This document shows positions 25,820 through 40,302 of a DNA stretch of 64,000 nt, one piece after another. The notes under the pieces were generated by a model, which was not told the DNA's origin, did not search any database, and saw only the letters and a program-made list of their open reading frames with translations. The stretch lies in assembly GCF_963921235.1 (NCBI RefSeq), contig NC_086098.1, positions 114,018,001-114,082,000 on the forward strand, in the 5' to 3' direction. Position 1 is the first letter of the stretch. Each line of letters starts with the position of its first letter. Source of the DNA: Mobula hypostoma (lineage: Eukaryota). The translations under genes were made by a program, and so were the position numbers.

Positions 25820-26135
25820 AATTCAAAGATTCCAAATGTACAAGGTGGCTTGTGTACTAGATTGATTAGATGTACATAAGGAGACCCAAGATACAGGAGT
25901 GTCTGTATGTAGGTGACTGACAGGAAATGACAAGGTAGTAGTGCTGGGGGGGGTGGAAGGATAGGTTAGTGGGTGGAGGTGTTGATCAGTCTTATTGTTT
26001 GGGAAATGTAACTGTTTTTGAGTCTGGTGATCCGGGCGTGGATGCTATGTAGCCTCCTCCCTGATGGGAGTAGGATAAACAGTCCATGAACAGGGTGGGT
26101 TGGATCCTTCATGATATTACTGCCTTTACCATGAG
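25820..26135 (-). mobile_element. Rex1/Babar-like LINE 3' end
   Basis: IMKDPTHPVHGLFILLPSGRRLHSIHARITRLKNS motif and ttgaa tail. Confidence 0.7.
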
Positions 26136-26389
26136 CCTCCTGAAAACATCTAAGACTGTCATAAAAATATACACCCTTTCCAAGATGGCAGAGAATAAAA
26201 TGTGCACTTATCAACCAGTTACAATGCTGGAAATTAATTTGGAACACTCAATCATACTTTTGATCAAAGCAACAAATTTGTAAAGACAAAATATTTAAGT
26301 TACCATAATCACAAAAGCTATATATTTAAAAAAAATCAGAGCATCGACAATGACCAACTGAAGGATGTTCATTAGGCAGGGAAGGTGCT

Positions 26390-27340
26390 GCCTCTACCCA
26401 TATTCTCCTCCTTTTCACAGACATCACCCGCACCCCATCTTTCCGTTGCCTTAACAGAAATAGAGTTCCCCTTGACCTTACCTGCCACCCTATGAGCCTC
26501 AATATCCAGCACATCATTCTCCATAATTTCTGCCATCTTCAACAGGATCCTGCCACCAAACACATCCTTACACCCCCCACCCACACTCCACAGGGGCCAC
26601 TTCCTCTGGGATTCCCTTGTCCATTCATTCCATCCCATTAATCTCCACTTCCTCTGGGATTCCCTTGTCCATTCATTCCATCCCATTAATCTCCACTTCC
26701 TCTGGGATTCCCTTATCCATTCATTCCTTCCCATTAATCTCCCTCATGGCACTTATCTCTGCAGGCTGAACAAGTGCTACACCTGCCCATTCACCTCGTC
26801 CCTCACCAGCGGCCAATCATTTTAATTCCACTCCCCACTCCTATTCCAACATGTCGGCCCCATGACTCCTCTACTGCCACAATGAGGCCACTCTCAGGTT
26901 GGAGGAGCAACATCTCATATTCCATTTAGATAGCCTTCTACCTGACATCGACTTCTTAACTTCTGGTAATTTCTGCCCTCCCCTTCTTTCATTTTCTATT
27001 CCCCATTCTGGCTCCCTTTTTTACCCCCCTGGTGCACTTTCCTCACCTATCAGATTCCTTCTACTTCAGCTTTACCCATCACCTCCCAGCTTGTTACTTC
27101 ATCCCGCCTCCACCACCCATATACCTTCACCCTCACCTGACCGCATCTATCAGCTTCCAGCTTGTACTCCTTCCCCTCCCTCCACTTTCTTATTCTGGTT
27201 TCTTCCTACTTCCTTTCCAGTCTTGATGAAGCCCAAGGTGTCAGCTCCTTATTCTTCTCCATAAATGCTGCCCGACTTGCAGAGTTCCTCCAATATTTTG
27301 TGTGTGTTACTCTGGATTTCCAGTATCTTTAGAATCTTGT
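26390..27340 (+). mobile_element. Decayed Penelope-like element 3' fragment with pLTR
   Basis: NRVPL.LT.HP, GTY.C...KCYTCPFTSSLT, RLEEQHLIF.L..L.P motifs (RT thumb/GIY-YIG region) followed by a pyrimidine-rich pLTR with a degenerate hammerhead. Confidence 0.75.
26597..26740. repeat. 3 x 48-bp tandem repeat
   Basis: ccacttcctctgggattcccttgtccattcattccatcccattaatct starting at 26597, 26645 and 26693. Confidence 0.95.
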
Positions 27341-27583
27341 TTATAATCAAACTTCACAGATTTTCCAAATATTTTTCTACTACTCAAAGGAATATTTCAT
27401 TTTATACATCATTTAATGATTCTGGAATGTAAAAAAAAAATGCAATGTCCCAAACCATTCCAGTGATAGAGAAAAACTACCACGATAACCATCAACAGAT
27501 TTGTGAAAAACTACAGAATTATAATAACACTCAAGAAACATTTTCATTATTTGTACATTTATAGCTTAAAGCTGAACGTATTA

Positions 27584-27778
<195 letters not shown>

Positions 27779-29328
27779 TCATTAGACCAAATGCAATATT
27801 TCTGATCTACTATTAATAATTAGAAAGGTTATTAAGCATAACTCTATAGGTAAGATTACAAGATTTAAGTCCAATTGAAGAACACATAAATGGCTTTGTT
27901 GAACTTGGCCTTCCAATGAGTAAGTTTTAAGAAAAGATTTCAGTGATGCAAAATTCAGCTGCCTACATAGTCTGACAGAAAACAAAATAAGTAATTTGAC
28001 CTCTACAAAATCAGGATTCTGACGAGACATCTTGTATGGTCCATTCAATTCACATCAGAAAGAATATACTGACTTGCAAAGCAAAGCATTACAGATCCAC
28101 CAATATGATTCATGGTCTAGAAAGGCTAAATGATAACATTTATCTAGAACAGAATTAAATTAGTAGATTGAGTTATACGATTGAGATGGCAAAGATGATT
28201 ATAAGATCTGTTGGAGTTGATAGAGACAAAGCACATCATCTAAATCGAGAACCACAAGAGAGTCTCAAAATTTGAGCTAATCCAGATATCAATGGTCATT
28301 TATAAATTTGGGGAACTTCCCTACCAAGAGTAAAACAGCTGAAATCTTCAAACCACGGCCAACATTTTTTCCATAAGTGCATGAAGAGATAGGGAACTAA
28401 GACAGATAGATTGAGCTAATCCAAAAATAAGTGATTGATGGAGTAAACCAGACAAAGGTTTCCTCCTTTTTTTTGTTGTTTTGAAATAAGGGCAATTTCA
28501 GTTCTTTAAAATAGAATGAGATTCAATATAGGATGTGCTATTAGATTTTTCTCATGAGGAACAATATGCCATCTTACTGAAAAACAACTTAACAACTCCA
28601 AGCATCAGGACTAAACTTCTGTTTCATACTTTCAGATTTGGCATACTTGCAAAAGCATTGCTATCTCTATAAATTAATAATAGAAGAAAGGGATTTATGA
28701 AACTATGTGTAAGCAGTTAATATATGTAAATAATAACAAACATGCAAGAACAGATTGGTTGTCTGGAAGGTGATATTATCCTATCAAAAATGAGAAAGAT
28801 TATTATTGTTTTAATACTACCTTTAGGAATACCATCCTTATTTCTTGAGCAGCAATTAAAGTCTGCTAAGTCAATATAGGAGTATAAAGATCCGACAAAA
28901 TGAACCAAAAAAAGAATCAAACAGAAGCAAATACAAGGAGCATTTCGCAAAGTTGAATACTAAGAGCACAAGATTAAAATATGATACTACATATGCCAAT
29001 TTACATTATTGAAATTACACGAAGTTCACAGAACAGAAATCCCTTTTACAAGGAAACTGTAATAGATCCACTGATCAACTTTCCCGGATTCTACCATAAG
29101 ACATTTTTTTTCTACTGGGAATTTAGCATTTAGGTCAAAGCATTTCAAAGATCACTGTAAAGTATGTTCATTTCCAGGAAGAACATGGCAGGAAAATTAA
29201 CCACTTTCTCAAAAAGCAAAAACATTTTATAATGGTTAATTTTTTTCATTTTGTTGAATCTTTGTTAATTTCCTCAAAATACACAATTACAGTTTTTTTA
29301 ACCTTAAGAAATATCCTATTACATGTAC

Positions 29329-29446
29329 CATCTCTATTGAAGGTTGAATTGCTTTGTAGGGCTCTACTCGATGACCACCTGCTGGACTTCTGTTTTATCC
29401 TCTGACTTCTTTCAATTGTGCGACGTACAACTGCTTCATGTCGTTC
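29329..29446 (-). CDS. MAP7: MAP7 coding exon
   Basis: ttgaag|...|gtacat, 118 nt, phase 0-1; ERHEAVVRRTIERSQRIKQKSSRWSSSRALQSNSTFNRD. Confidence 0.95.
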
Positions 29447-29721
29447 CTTCAAGAAGAAAGGTTTAATTAACTCAAGATAGTTACTGTCTAAATTGCTCTA
29501 AAAATATTAATAATTAATATAGGAAACTAAATAAAGAAATTCAGAGATTCGCACGTTCAAATTTCCTATTTTGTTCTACCATGTAATTTGGCCCAGTCCT
29601 TCAAACCAAATACTTAGGACAATTTTTAAAAAGATAAAGGCCCAGGAAAATCAAAATCAGCAACAAATCATGTGGAAGGAAAGACTACAATAGAAAATGG
29701 ACTGCTTATGATAATTATTCA

Positions 29722-29949
<228 letters not shown>

Positions 29950-31743
29950 TTAAACAATAACATTGCAAATTTATTACATAGTTAATATATTAATGAACAA
30001 GTTAGCAATAGGACAGTCAATAATACACCATATAACATTTCAATAATGGATGATCAACCTGATATAATCTTTAGTCTTCAAATGATTTGCTTACTTAAAA
30101 AGCTATGATTTACTGATGTTAATTCTTATATTGGCTTTAATATATCAAAAATTGTTTAGAATGACAAATTTGCACTCAATATTTGATCTTTCAAATATAA
30201 ACAGCGCTTCATTTGGTAGTGCCCTTGCCTAGGGTCTGAAAGTAGAATTCTACAGACTTAAGTGCAAAAGCTGATATTTGAGTGGAAGATTAAGGATGTG
30301 CTGCATTGTTAGAGCTGTTTATTATAAAAGCAGATATTAAGCATATTCCAGATGCTCAGCTAAACACAAATGATCATTTCTTTTAAAGAGCCAGGGAATT
30401 ATCCATTAGCTCTTGGCCAATCTACAGTATTCCTTACCACCAGAGATAGATCTGGTCATCTCACTGTTGCATTTAAATTAACAGCCAAAACTCCTTTACA
30501 ACAATGACAATTGGTTGCTCAAACATCAAAAGTATTTTGGAACAAATTATAAAAATAAATGCAAGTTTTTACACATGATACTTATAGGCCACATCTTCAA
30601 CCCCATGCTGGAGCTAATACTGGGAACTACCCAAATATCCCCATCAAAGATCTGATTTCTAAAGTTGGCAGTGACCAAAACAAGCGCTAGCACATTTCAC
30701 CATATCGCATGTGTTACTGACTGCTGTCCATTTGCCATGGAATCTAATGCGCAGGACATCACGTACTTCCTGGTTATTAGGTTAGGAAATCCAATGTTTT
30801 AGAAAGGAATTGGGTTAGACTATGATAGCATTAACAGCATATTGAAACTAGCAAGTGGGATTTGCTCTGTTATTCAATAAAATAATCATTGACTAATGTT
30901 TTTCAAAAAGTCTAACATCAGCAATCCTACAGGTATTCTGGATAAAATTATGTACTTAATGCCAGTATTACATTGGAAAATATTGCAAAGCCAGTCCAAA
31001 ACCAATTAATCTCACAATATTATTAACCTGAGAAATATTGAAATTAACATTTGTAAATATAAATGGAACAATAATTTTTGAATATTTAGGACTGCTGTTG
31101 TCTCTCATGTAAAGTGAGACTTATGCCCAGGATACAGGCCAAAATTTCACTTAATTTTGAAAAAAAATTGGTGACCACAGTGCCATTTATGGAAAACTGC
31201 TATGAAAATCAGCATCTTTCTTAACATCCAACAGCATCTCTGCGTCTCTAAGAAATTTCCCTTTTTAGCCTCAACTCAATGTGATCTGTGGTATTCTGAA
31301 CTACTGAAAGATTCTGTGCAAACAAAGTCTTTTTCTGTCCGTTACTATCAGTTTCTCCAGCATTTAAGTTCACATAACTTAGTTCACATGTGGTCTCATT
31401 TGTTCAGATCTTAAATGGCTTTTAAATTAAAGTTAAAACTGTTCTCTTCAATCCAATCATTCCTTCCTTCTCTTCAGTGGATTTAACACTGAATTCATTA
31501 TTACTTTTTTATTGCAACACCAACAAATTACATTCAATACAACCAATTGCCAATTACATTTTGACTGTTTAACCCAGCCACCCCCAACCTTCATCACCAT
31601 CCCCTCCACCCCTCTCTCCCCTCATCCCTCTCCCCTCCACCAACCAACTGAATAGTAGTACATACACAGACAAAGCATTCCTATTTTAACAAAGGATCTT
31701 TTAAGTTAGATATCAAATTTGTCCACATTAAGATTGTGTTTGG

Positions 31744-33690
31744 TCATGCATTATTTACTCTTGCTGATGAAAGTTCCAGGTAAGAAATGTCCAAAACGCT
31801 CTGAAGCCAGTGAGTATTTGAAATATCATGGGGAGGTTTCCAACGCTGGACTACAATCTTCTTAGCTGCAGCCAGGCCTGCCAGCCAGATTTTGCGTGTT
31901 TTTTCCGTAAAGGAAAGGTGGAAGTCATCATTTAGAAGATGTACAACTGGGTCCGTTGGTAATTGTACCCCTGTTAGTTCTGTAAGAGTACTGATAACCT
32001 TCCCCCACAAACTAAAAACCCCTGGACATTCCCATACAACATGTATAAAAGAGCCAATGGTTCCGTGGGGACAAAATGAGCAATATGGGTCAGGAACCAG
32101 TCCCATTTGATGTCTAATTCTCGGTGTTAAATATGCTCTATGACAAAATTTCAAGTGTATATACCGATGATTTGGGTTTTTCGAAGCACCGGCAGCATTA
32201 TCCCAAATCGCATCCCAGTCTAAGTCTTGTCCCAATTCTGATATGTCCCTATCCCAAGCTTTCAATCCCGATGTGGGCATATAATTCTGGGAGCTTAATT
32301 TATCATAGATATATGACACTATCTGTCCTGGAGCACTCTGTATCCAACTTAAAATGGGATGGTCCTTTAAATCTGACCCCAGGGAACGCCGTAGGTTTTA
32401 CTAGCTGATCTTACTTGAGAATAGAAAAAAAGGGAATGTTTATCAATATTATATCGAGATATCAGTTCTTGAAAGCTAAGGATAGTACTTGCCCCATTAA
32501 TATCTTGAAGAGTACCTTTATCCTCCCAAGTTCTGTTAGTGAATAGTTTCCCCTCAGACAGAAAATGATTATTGTTCCATAATGGAGATGATTTACAACA
32601 TATGCTTTTAAATTTTAGGAATTTTTCTGCTGCTCTAAACACTTGTAGTATATGGGTTAAAATTGGACAGTAATACAAATCAGATTTTTTGGTAGACATA
32701 CCTATAAGGAGAAAGTCCTTCAACCTTATTGGTGCTATTAGCTCTTGTTCTATATTTTTCCAGGACGAAACTTTATCCTCCTCCATCCAATCGCTAAGAC
32801 TTTTTAATACAAATGCCCAGTGATACAATTTAAAATTTGGACATGCCAATCCGCCATCCGACTTTTTGAATTGTAGAGCTGACCGTTTTATCTTGGGTCG
32901 TTTACCATTCCAAATGTAGCATCGTAGTAAGGAGTCCAATTTTTGCCAATATCCTGCTGGAGGTGCAAGTGGGATCATTGAGCTGATAAAATTAATGCAG
33001 GGTAAGATGTTTATTTTAATGACTGATATACGGGCTAGGACTGATGCTAGCAAGTGTCTTCTCCATCTATTAATATCTTCTATTTTTTTCAGAATTAAAG
33101 AGTAATTTGTTTTAGCCACAGATGATAGGAAAGTATTAACTTTAATACCCAAGTAGAGGACTTCATTTGCAACTTTAATCTGGGGAGGGAGAGACACCTT
33201 ACTTTTATCTGTATTAATCAGCATCAGTGCTGATTTTGACAAGTTAACTTTGTATCCTGAAAGAAATCCAAATTGTTCCAGTGTTTTTAAAACATAGGGG
33301 AGTTTGTTGAACATTCGCCATATAAACTAGCGTGTAGTCCGCGTAAAGTGATATTGAATGTGATGTTGTACCTATTGTAATATAGGAGATCTGAGGAGAG
33401 TTTCTAATTAAATATGCAAGCGGTTCAATAGATATAGTAAAAGTTAAAGGAGACAAAGGGTCCCCTTGTCGTGTGCCCCGTCCTATGTCAAATAACTCTG
33501 AGAAACCTCCTCCCACACATACCTGGGCTGAAGGATTAGCATACAGTGTTTGAATCATATTGATAAATTTATTGCCCAATTTAAATTCTTTTAGAACTCT
33601 CCAAAGATATGGCCATTCAAGGCAATCGAACGCTTTTTCAGCATCTAGAAATAGCAGGCCACAGGCAGGCGGGATTTTATGTGTTGCACT
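31744..33690 (-). pseudogene. L1 ORF2 3' part (RT, C-terminal zinc finger)
   Basis: LDAEKAFD, RGTRQGDPLSP, LYADY, YLGI, GGLACPN, CSFC..H..WEC. Confidence 0.9.
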
Positions 33691-34297
33691 TGTAACGTTC
33701 CGTTATATTGGCTCGTGTATGTCTAGGGGAAATCCAGCCCAGCACCTGCCTCAGCACTCCCCACAGGGTTGGTGGCCGCCCGAATCAATCACATCATCAA
33801 TCTCAGCCAGCACACCCAGTAAATTTTAACAAATACACTTTATAGATATTACTAATTCTATGACATTAATATACATTTGAAACAGAGAGGCAAGTAATGA
33901 AAAAAAAAGGCGCCAACACTTATCAAAGTCCAAGTTCTTCGCGCGCTACCGTTGGAGCTCAATTCGACTTCAGACGACCACCCGAATTCCGTCGACTCAC
34001 GGCTCGGGACCACCCTTAGTGATCGACCAGAGCCTCTCCGCACGTCCGCGGTTCTCCTCGTCTCTCCTCTGACTCCCCGCCAAAACTCAGTCCACAGTCA
34101 TATCATACAGCATGGTATCCGAAAACAAAACGATACGTAACCACCCATTGGCTAATAGAACCCTGCTATCTCAATTTAAAGTAAAACAAACTGCTAGCGC
34201 AAACTCTCTTCAGCGTTAAAGCACAACAAAGCCGAAATCCCCAGATTAACATAACAAAGTCGCCATTTTAAATGTAACAAAAGAAAGACCCCGCACA
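33691..34297 (-). repeat. 3' LTR of PNMA-Gag Gypsy
   Basis: Near-identical to 40303-40911; identical short ORFs in the track. Confidence 0.95.
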
Positions 34298-34479
34298 CTC
34301 TCCCCCCACCACAAAAAGTCATACCCTCATGACGTTAACAGAGTTCACCAGTGCTCCTTGTAAAACACAAAACTCAACCCAGGTGCATAAAGCAGTGACA
34401 TAACTTTGCAGGGCAGTAGAGATCACACCCTGCTCTCCCGGCTTTCCGGGGGATGCCTACTCCTCTGAGGCCTCTGTAC

Positions 34480-37400
34480 TTACTCTGCGGACTCTCCCTG
34501 TTCAGACACCCCAGGTGACCCCTCGGGACTATCTGTCGGACCCTCCCCTTCACCGGGATCCCTCTGCCCCTGTGAGCCCTCTGGCTCGGGTTCTGCCTCC
34601 ACCCTCTCCTGCACCAATCCCTGCTGTAATACAGGCGGCTCTGCAACACACTCCCCCAATCCCGGCTGTAATACAGGCGGCTCTGCAACACCCTCCCCCA
34701 ATCCCGGCTGTAATACAGGCAGCTCTGCAACACACTCCCCCAATCCCGGCTGGAATACAGGCGGCTCTGCAACACACTCCCCCAATCCCGGCTGTAATAC
34801 AGGCGGCTCTGCAACACCCTCTCCCAATCCCGGCTGGAATACAGGCGGCTCTGCAACACCCTCCCCCAATCCCGGCTGTAACACAGGCGGCTCTGCAACA
34901 CCCTCCCCCAATCCCGGCTGTAATACAGGCGGCTCTGCAACACCCTCCCTCAGTTCCCCTGACTCAGTGATGGAAGGGCCAGGAGTCTCCTCTCCTGGCA
35001 CCGGGGAATCAGCGAACGGAAGCAGGTACCACACGTCCGAATCATCATCTTCCGATGACGTATCCCTTCTCGAGGTGGGGACCCGCCCCGTTTTCTTCGC
35101 AGCGGGCTCTTCCCTCGCCCCGCGCCCTCGCAGAGTCCTCGTGATAGTAAACTCCCATTCGGGCTCTGGGGTCCGTCTTCACCTCTCAACCCAGAGGCAG
35201 CAGGTGGTTCCGATGGAGTACCTTGACAGGCCCCTGCCCGCCCTCAGGTCTCACCCGGTAAACCGGGAGATTCGGCATCTGACTCTCCACCACATATGGG
35301 GTGGCTGCCCAACGGTCCACCAACTTGTGCTTACCCTGTAGTCCTAAATTCCGGATAAGGACTCGGTCTCCCGGCAATAGCTGGACGAACTTTACCTTCT
35401 GATCATACCTCTTCTTATTCTGCTGGTTCTGCTTGGTGGCTGCCGCCTCAGCCAACTCGTACACCCTTTTCAACTCTCTCCTCATATCGAACACGTACTT
35501 CAGACATGGCTTCGAAGGTATTTCCCCCGCTTCAGTCCCAAAACACAGATCAATGGGCAACCTCGCTTCCCGTCCGAACATCAGATAGTAGGGCGAGTAC
35601 CCCGTAGCATCATTGCGAGTACAATTCTAACAATGAACCACATGGGCAATGTGCTGACTCCACTTACTCTTCTGTCCAATCTCCAAGGTGCCGAGCATGT
35701 CCAGCAGGGTCCGGTTAAACCTCTCGGGTTGAAGATCACCCTGTGGGTGATAGGGGGTGGTCCTGGATTTCTCAACCCCAAGCATACCCAGTAACTCATG
35801 GATAAGCCTGTTCTCGAAGTCCCGTCCCTGATCACTGTGGATCCGCCGGGGAAGGCCATAATGAACAAAGTACTTCTCCCATAACACCTTCGCCACTGTA
35901 GTCACTTTCTGATCCTTAGTAGGAAAAGCCTGCGCATATCTAGTGTAGTGATCCGTGATGACCAAGACATTGGCGATGTTGCTGGTGTCTGGCTCAATAG
36001 ACAGGAAATCCATACACACCAGGTCCAGGGGTCCCGCACTCTGCAAGTGGGATAACGGGGCCGCCTGCACAGGCAAGGTCTTCCTCCTGACGCAACGGCT
36101 ACAGGTCTTCTTCCACCTCCCCACTCATCCGGGGCCAGTAAAACCTGTCCTTGACTAATCCATAGGTCTTCTCTACCCCTAAGTGCCCGGAATCATCATG
36201 TAGAGCCTGGAGCACAGTCTTCCAATACTTCTCAGGCATGACCAGCTGCCAGCGCCGGGGGGTGGTCCGGAGGCGACGTGACCTGGTACAGGACGTGGTT
36301 CTTCAGCTTCAACCGGGGCCACTCCTTCAGTAGTAGAGGAACGGAGGCATGTTTCACCTTCTCCACCTGCCCCATATCACCCCGGCTAACCGCGTACCAG
36401 ACAGTGTCAATGCTCGGGTCATCACGCTGAGCCGCCTCCACTTCCTGGGGACTCAACTCCGGCAGCTGCCTGTTCCTCAGAGCAGTCAAATTACAGTAAA
36501 CAGTGGGTAGCGCGTCATCGTCAGCCCCCAGTTGATCTACTGCCCGATCAGTTCCCATCTGTTCTCCTACTTCCCCGTCGCTCCCAATTGACACATGGCC
36601 TTTACTCCCTGGGCAGGGACACTCTTCCACTCCTCAGCCATGCCCGACTCGTCGTACACCCGACGAGACAGGGCATCTGCATCGATGTTCTGACTCCCCG
36701 GGCGGTACTTCAGGCTGAACTCATAGGCAGACAAGGCTGCTAACCACCGGTGCCCAGTAGCGTCCAGCTTCGCCGAGGTCAGGATATAAGTGAGGGGGTT
36801 GTTATCAGTTCTCACCTCAAACTGGGCCCCATATAGGTAGTCACTCAACTTGTCCACCACCGCCCATTTCAACGCCAAGAACTCCAGCTTGTGAGTGGGA
36901 TAGTTTCTCTCAGATGGCGACAAACTCCGACTGACAAACGCCACCGGCCTCAATCCGTTTCCCTGTTCCTGGTACAGAACAGCCCCCAGACCGTCGTGAC
37001 TGGCATCAGTGTGTAGAACATACGGCGTCCGGGGATCAGCAAATGCCAACACTGGGGCCTGCGTCAGCGCCCTTTTTAGAGATTGGAACGCCTCCTCACA
37101 TTGATCATCCCACCTCAATCCAAAAGGCTCCCCCGGGTTCAAGTATCCTCCTACCTCCGGCCCTCGGTCTCCCTTCCTCCTCCTCCCCACAGGTGGATAG
37201 CCACACAGCAGCTGGTTCAATGGATGACTCATTTTCGCATATCCTTTCACGAACCGCCGGTAATATCCGCAAAACCCCAAAAACGAGCGTAAGGCGCTCA
37301 CCTTCTGAGGACTCGGCCAGGTGGTGACTGCGGCTATCTTACCTGGATCGGTGGCCACTCCATTTCGCGAGATTATGTGTCCAACATAACTGACTGACGT

Positions 37401-39131
37401 CTTGCAGAACTGACATTTATCCAGGGAAAGTTTTAATCCTTCCTCCTTCAGCCGACTCAGCACCTTCAGCAGCCGCTCCTCATGTTCCTCCAACGTAGAT
37501 CCAAACACTATCAGGTCGTCCAGGTACACCAATACCTCCAGCAGGTTCATGTCCCCCACTGTCCGCTCCACGAGCCGCTGGAAGGTGGCTGGGGCCCCCG
37601 AGATGCCTTGGGGCATTCGTTCAACTTGGGAAAACCCCAGGGGGCAGATAAAGGCTGTCTTCTCCTTATCAGTCTCACTCATCGGAATCTGGTAATACCC
37701 ACTCCGCAAATCCAATACACTGAACCACTGTGCACCACTCAGACAGGCCAAGGCATCTTCCACCCTCGGGACCATATATTGGTTGGGAACAGTGCGGCAG
37801 TTCAGGATCCTGTAGTCCACGGACATGTGTACCTTCCCATTTTTCTTCCTTGCCACCACTATGGGGGACGCATAGGGGCTTCGGGACTCCGCAATAATCC
37901 CTGCATCTTTCAACTGCCGCAAGTGCTGCCGCACATCTTCCACATCTGCTGGGGCCAACCGCCGCGACCTCTCTCTAAACGGGGTGTCATTTGTCACCCG
38001 GATAGTGTGCCGAGTGCTCTTGGAACACCCTACATCAAACTCGTCCTGAGAAAAAACATCCCCTAACTTCAGCATCTTCTCCACCAGCCTGCTCTTACAT
38101 GCCGGCGGTACAGGGGAGTCTTCAAAATTAAAGGCTTCCTCGGTCAGCCGCCCCCCGTTTCCCAATAGTTTCCCTCCAGTGGGCTTCACAGGGGCGCTGG
38201 ACATCACCGTCACCGGGAACAAGTGCGCGAGGGGCATCCCGCGCTTAAAGGTGATCTCCCTCTCCGTTATGTTCCTTACCATCACCCCCATCCGCCGTAC
38301 CTGTACAGCTGAGGGCCTCTGCAATTCAGGTCTCACCAGCGCCCCAGCCGGGAACCGGGACTCCCTTTCCAGGTCGTCGGGGGCGTCTACTAGCAAGGCC
38401 TCGCCCGGCGGTAATCCGGGGAATCTGGGGGTCCCCATCACTAGTGCCGCCTCCCCTGGCCGTATCACCTTAGGCCTCGCCTGAGTGCACCACACCGTCC
38501 CTCGTTTGCACTCAGGATCCAGCCCCTGGAGGTCACTCACTCCTTCGTACACCACTCGGAACACGGGGTGTACCGAGAGGGTCTCCAGAAAGTTCTCCCC
38601 CCACCCTTCTTCTTACAGGCTCCCAAGAGCCGTCGCACCAGAGGGGAGTTAGTCCCCACCAACAGGGCAGCACCACCGGTCTCCACCGGGTCCGGACAAA
38701 CCAACACCAGCATCTCAAAGGCTTCCGATACTCCCACATCTCCCTCCGAAAATTCCAATCTCACTGACAAAGTATCTATCGTACGGGTAATCACCATCAC
38801 TTATGCCCCAAATCTCCAATGCGTTAAACGGAGTTACTGCCAAATGTTTCAGATATTTGTTGTAGAACGACCGGTACAGTAAGGTAACCTGCGACCCAGT
38901 GTCAAGGATGGCTTTCGCAAAGATTCCCTCTATCCGTAGGGACACGCTGGAACGGGGTCCCACCAGTCCATCAGGAATTTGTGCTTGTTCTTTCTGGGAT
39001 TCCATAGTGCTTTTCTGGGAACGTGTTCCTCCCGAGACTCCAGTCCGTTCCCTCACTGAGCCTCTCCTAAGTTTCCCGACACCTCTCCCTTCTTGGTGGC
39101 CCGGGGGCCCTCCCCCCTCGGCGCATCTCAT
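34480..39131 (-). pseudogene. Pol (PR-RT-RNaseH-IN), frameshifted
   Basis: ILDTGS, YASPIVV, YLDD, LHTDAS, TDNNPL, CMDFL, HSDQG, ERFNRT; 665-aa open RT/RH segment. Confidence 0.92.
34614..34949. repeat. 8 x 42-bp minisatellite in the Gypsy 3' internal region
   Basis: Unit ccaatcccggctgtaatacaggcggctctgcaacaccctccc; translates EGVAEPPVLQPGLG on the element strand. Confidence 0.95.
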
Positions 39132-40230
39132 CTCTCACAATCCTTCCGCAAGAGGCCAGCTTCCCCACAGCGGTAGCACGCCCCCGGCCACTCACATTCC
39201 CGGCGGAAATGCCCCTCTCTCCAACAGTTATAGCACCCACTACTTGCCGCCTCTCTCCTCCCGATACGGCCCCCCGGCAACCCCTTGGATTTCTCAGGTC
39301 TCACCCCAACTACCACCTCCTGCACCGCTGAAGACCATCCCTGAGGGTCCGAGCCCCCTGGTAGGCCCAAAGCACACTCCTCGGCCCATACCTCTCGGAT
39401 CAGCTGTCCGAATGATGGAGGGGGGCTCCGCTTAAATGACTGCCGTACACTCCAAGCCACCCTGTCATCCTCCCGGGAACCACTACATATCTGGCTCATC
39501 CTTAACTCCCCCTGACAGTCCAAACACTTCCTCCAAAGCATCCAAACACTCCGATAGGGAAGCAAAGGGGCGTGCCACTCTCAGATCGCGGACCACCAAA
39601 GCCGCCCCGCCCCTTAAGCTTTCCATCAATCGCTGTCTCTTTTCCTCATCCGAAACTGGCCACACCTCTAACAATTGGGATGTATCCTCAACCCAGGTAT
39701 CATAGTCATCCTCCCCTTCCGGGGTGGGCCTGGCTCCCGAGAAAATTCTCAGCTTCAGGCGGTGCCCCTCAACCCTTCTCGCCAGGGAGGTAATGGCAGC
39801 CGTTAACTCGGCAGTCTCATCAAGTCCATGGGGGTGGGGCCTGGCCAAACCTTCCCACTCCACACCTCCACCTCTTGCTACGAGCACCCGGCCGGGGGCC
39901 TCATCTAGTTCCTCCTCCTCCGGCACCTCCCCACTTGCATCCTCGGGGAGGGTATCGAGACCCCACGGCCCTGCCTCCCCCGGGGCGTGGACTGTCGCTG
40001 GTAGTTCCAAAGTCATGACGTCGGCACTCGTCCGCACCAACATCCAGCTGGACTCCAGTTCTTTCCCACACCTTCTAGCTACAAGTTCTACCTGCCCGAT
40101 ACCTTTAATCAAACTCAACCCTTGCACCAGTACCTCTGCCGAAATGCGATAATCGACCCCGCTTACCACACACACGATTCACCGGTACCTCCTCCAATTC
40201 ACACCAACTTACAATCTTATCCCTATTCAT
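39128..40230 (-). pseudogene. PNMA-like Gag (frameshifted), two CCHC knuckles
   Basis: IVSWC, KLRIFSG..P.PEGEDDYDTW, WPVSDEEKRQRLMESLRGGA, CLDALEEVFG; CYNCWREGHFRREC. Confidence 0.85.
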
Positions 40231-40302
40231 CTTCACACCACTTACCGCAATGACAAGTACAACTTTCCCGAAAAGTCCAAATCCAGGACGGTAGCCCCCA
40301 CT

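Noticed and set aside
34614-34949. Regular repeat array resembling CRISPR
   Set aside because: Head-to-tail units with no unique spacers, inside a eukaryotic retrotransposon, no cas genes
39483-40175. A domesticated host PNMA/MOAP1 gene
   Set aside because: Frameshifted and embedded in a complete LTR element with pol, PBS, PPT and TSD
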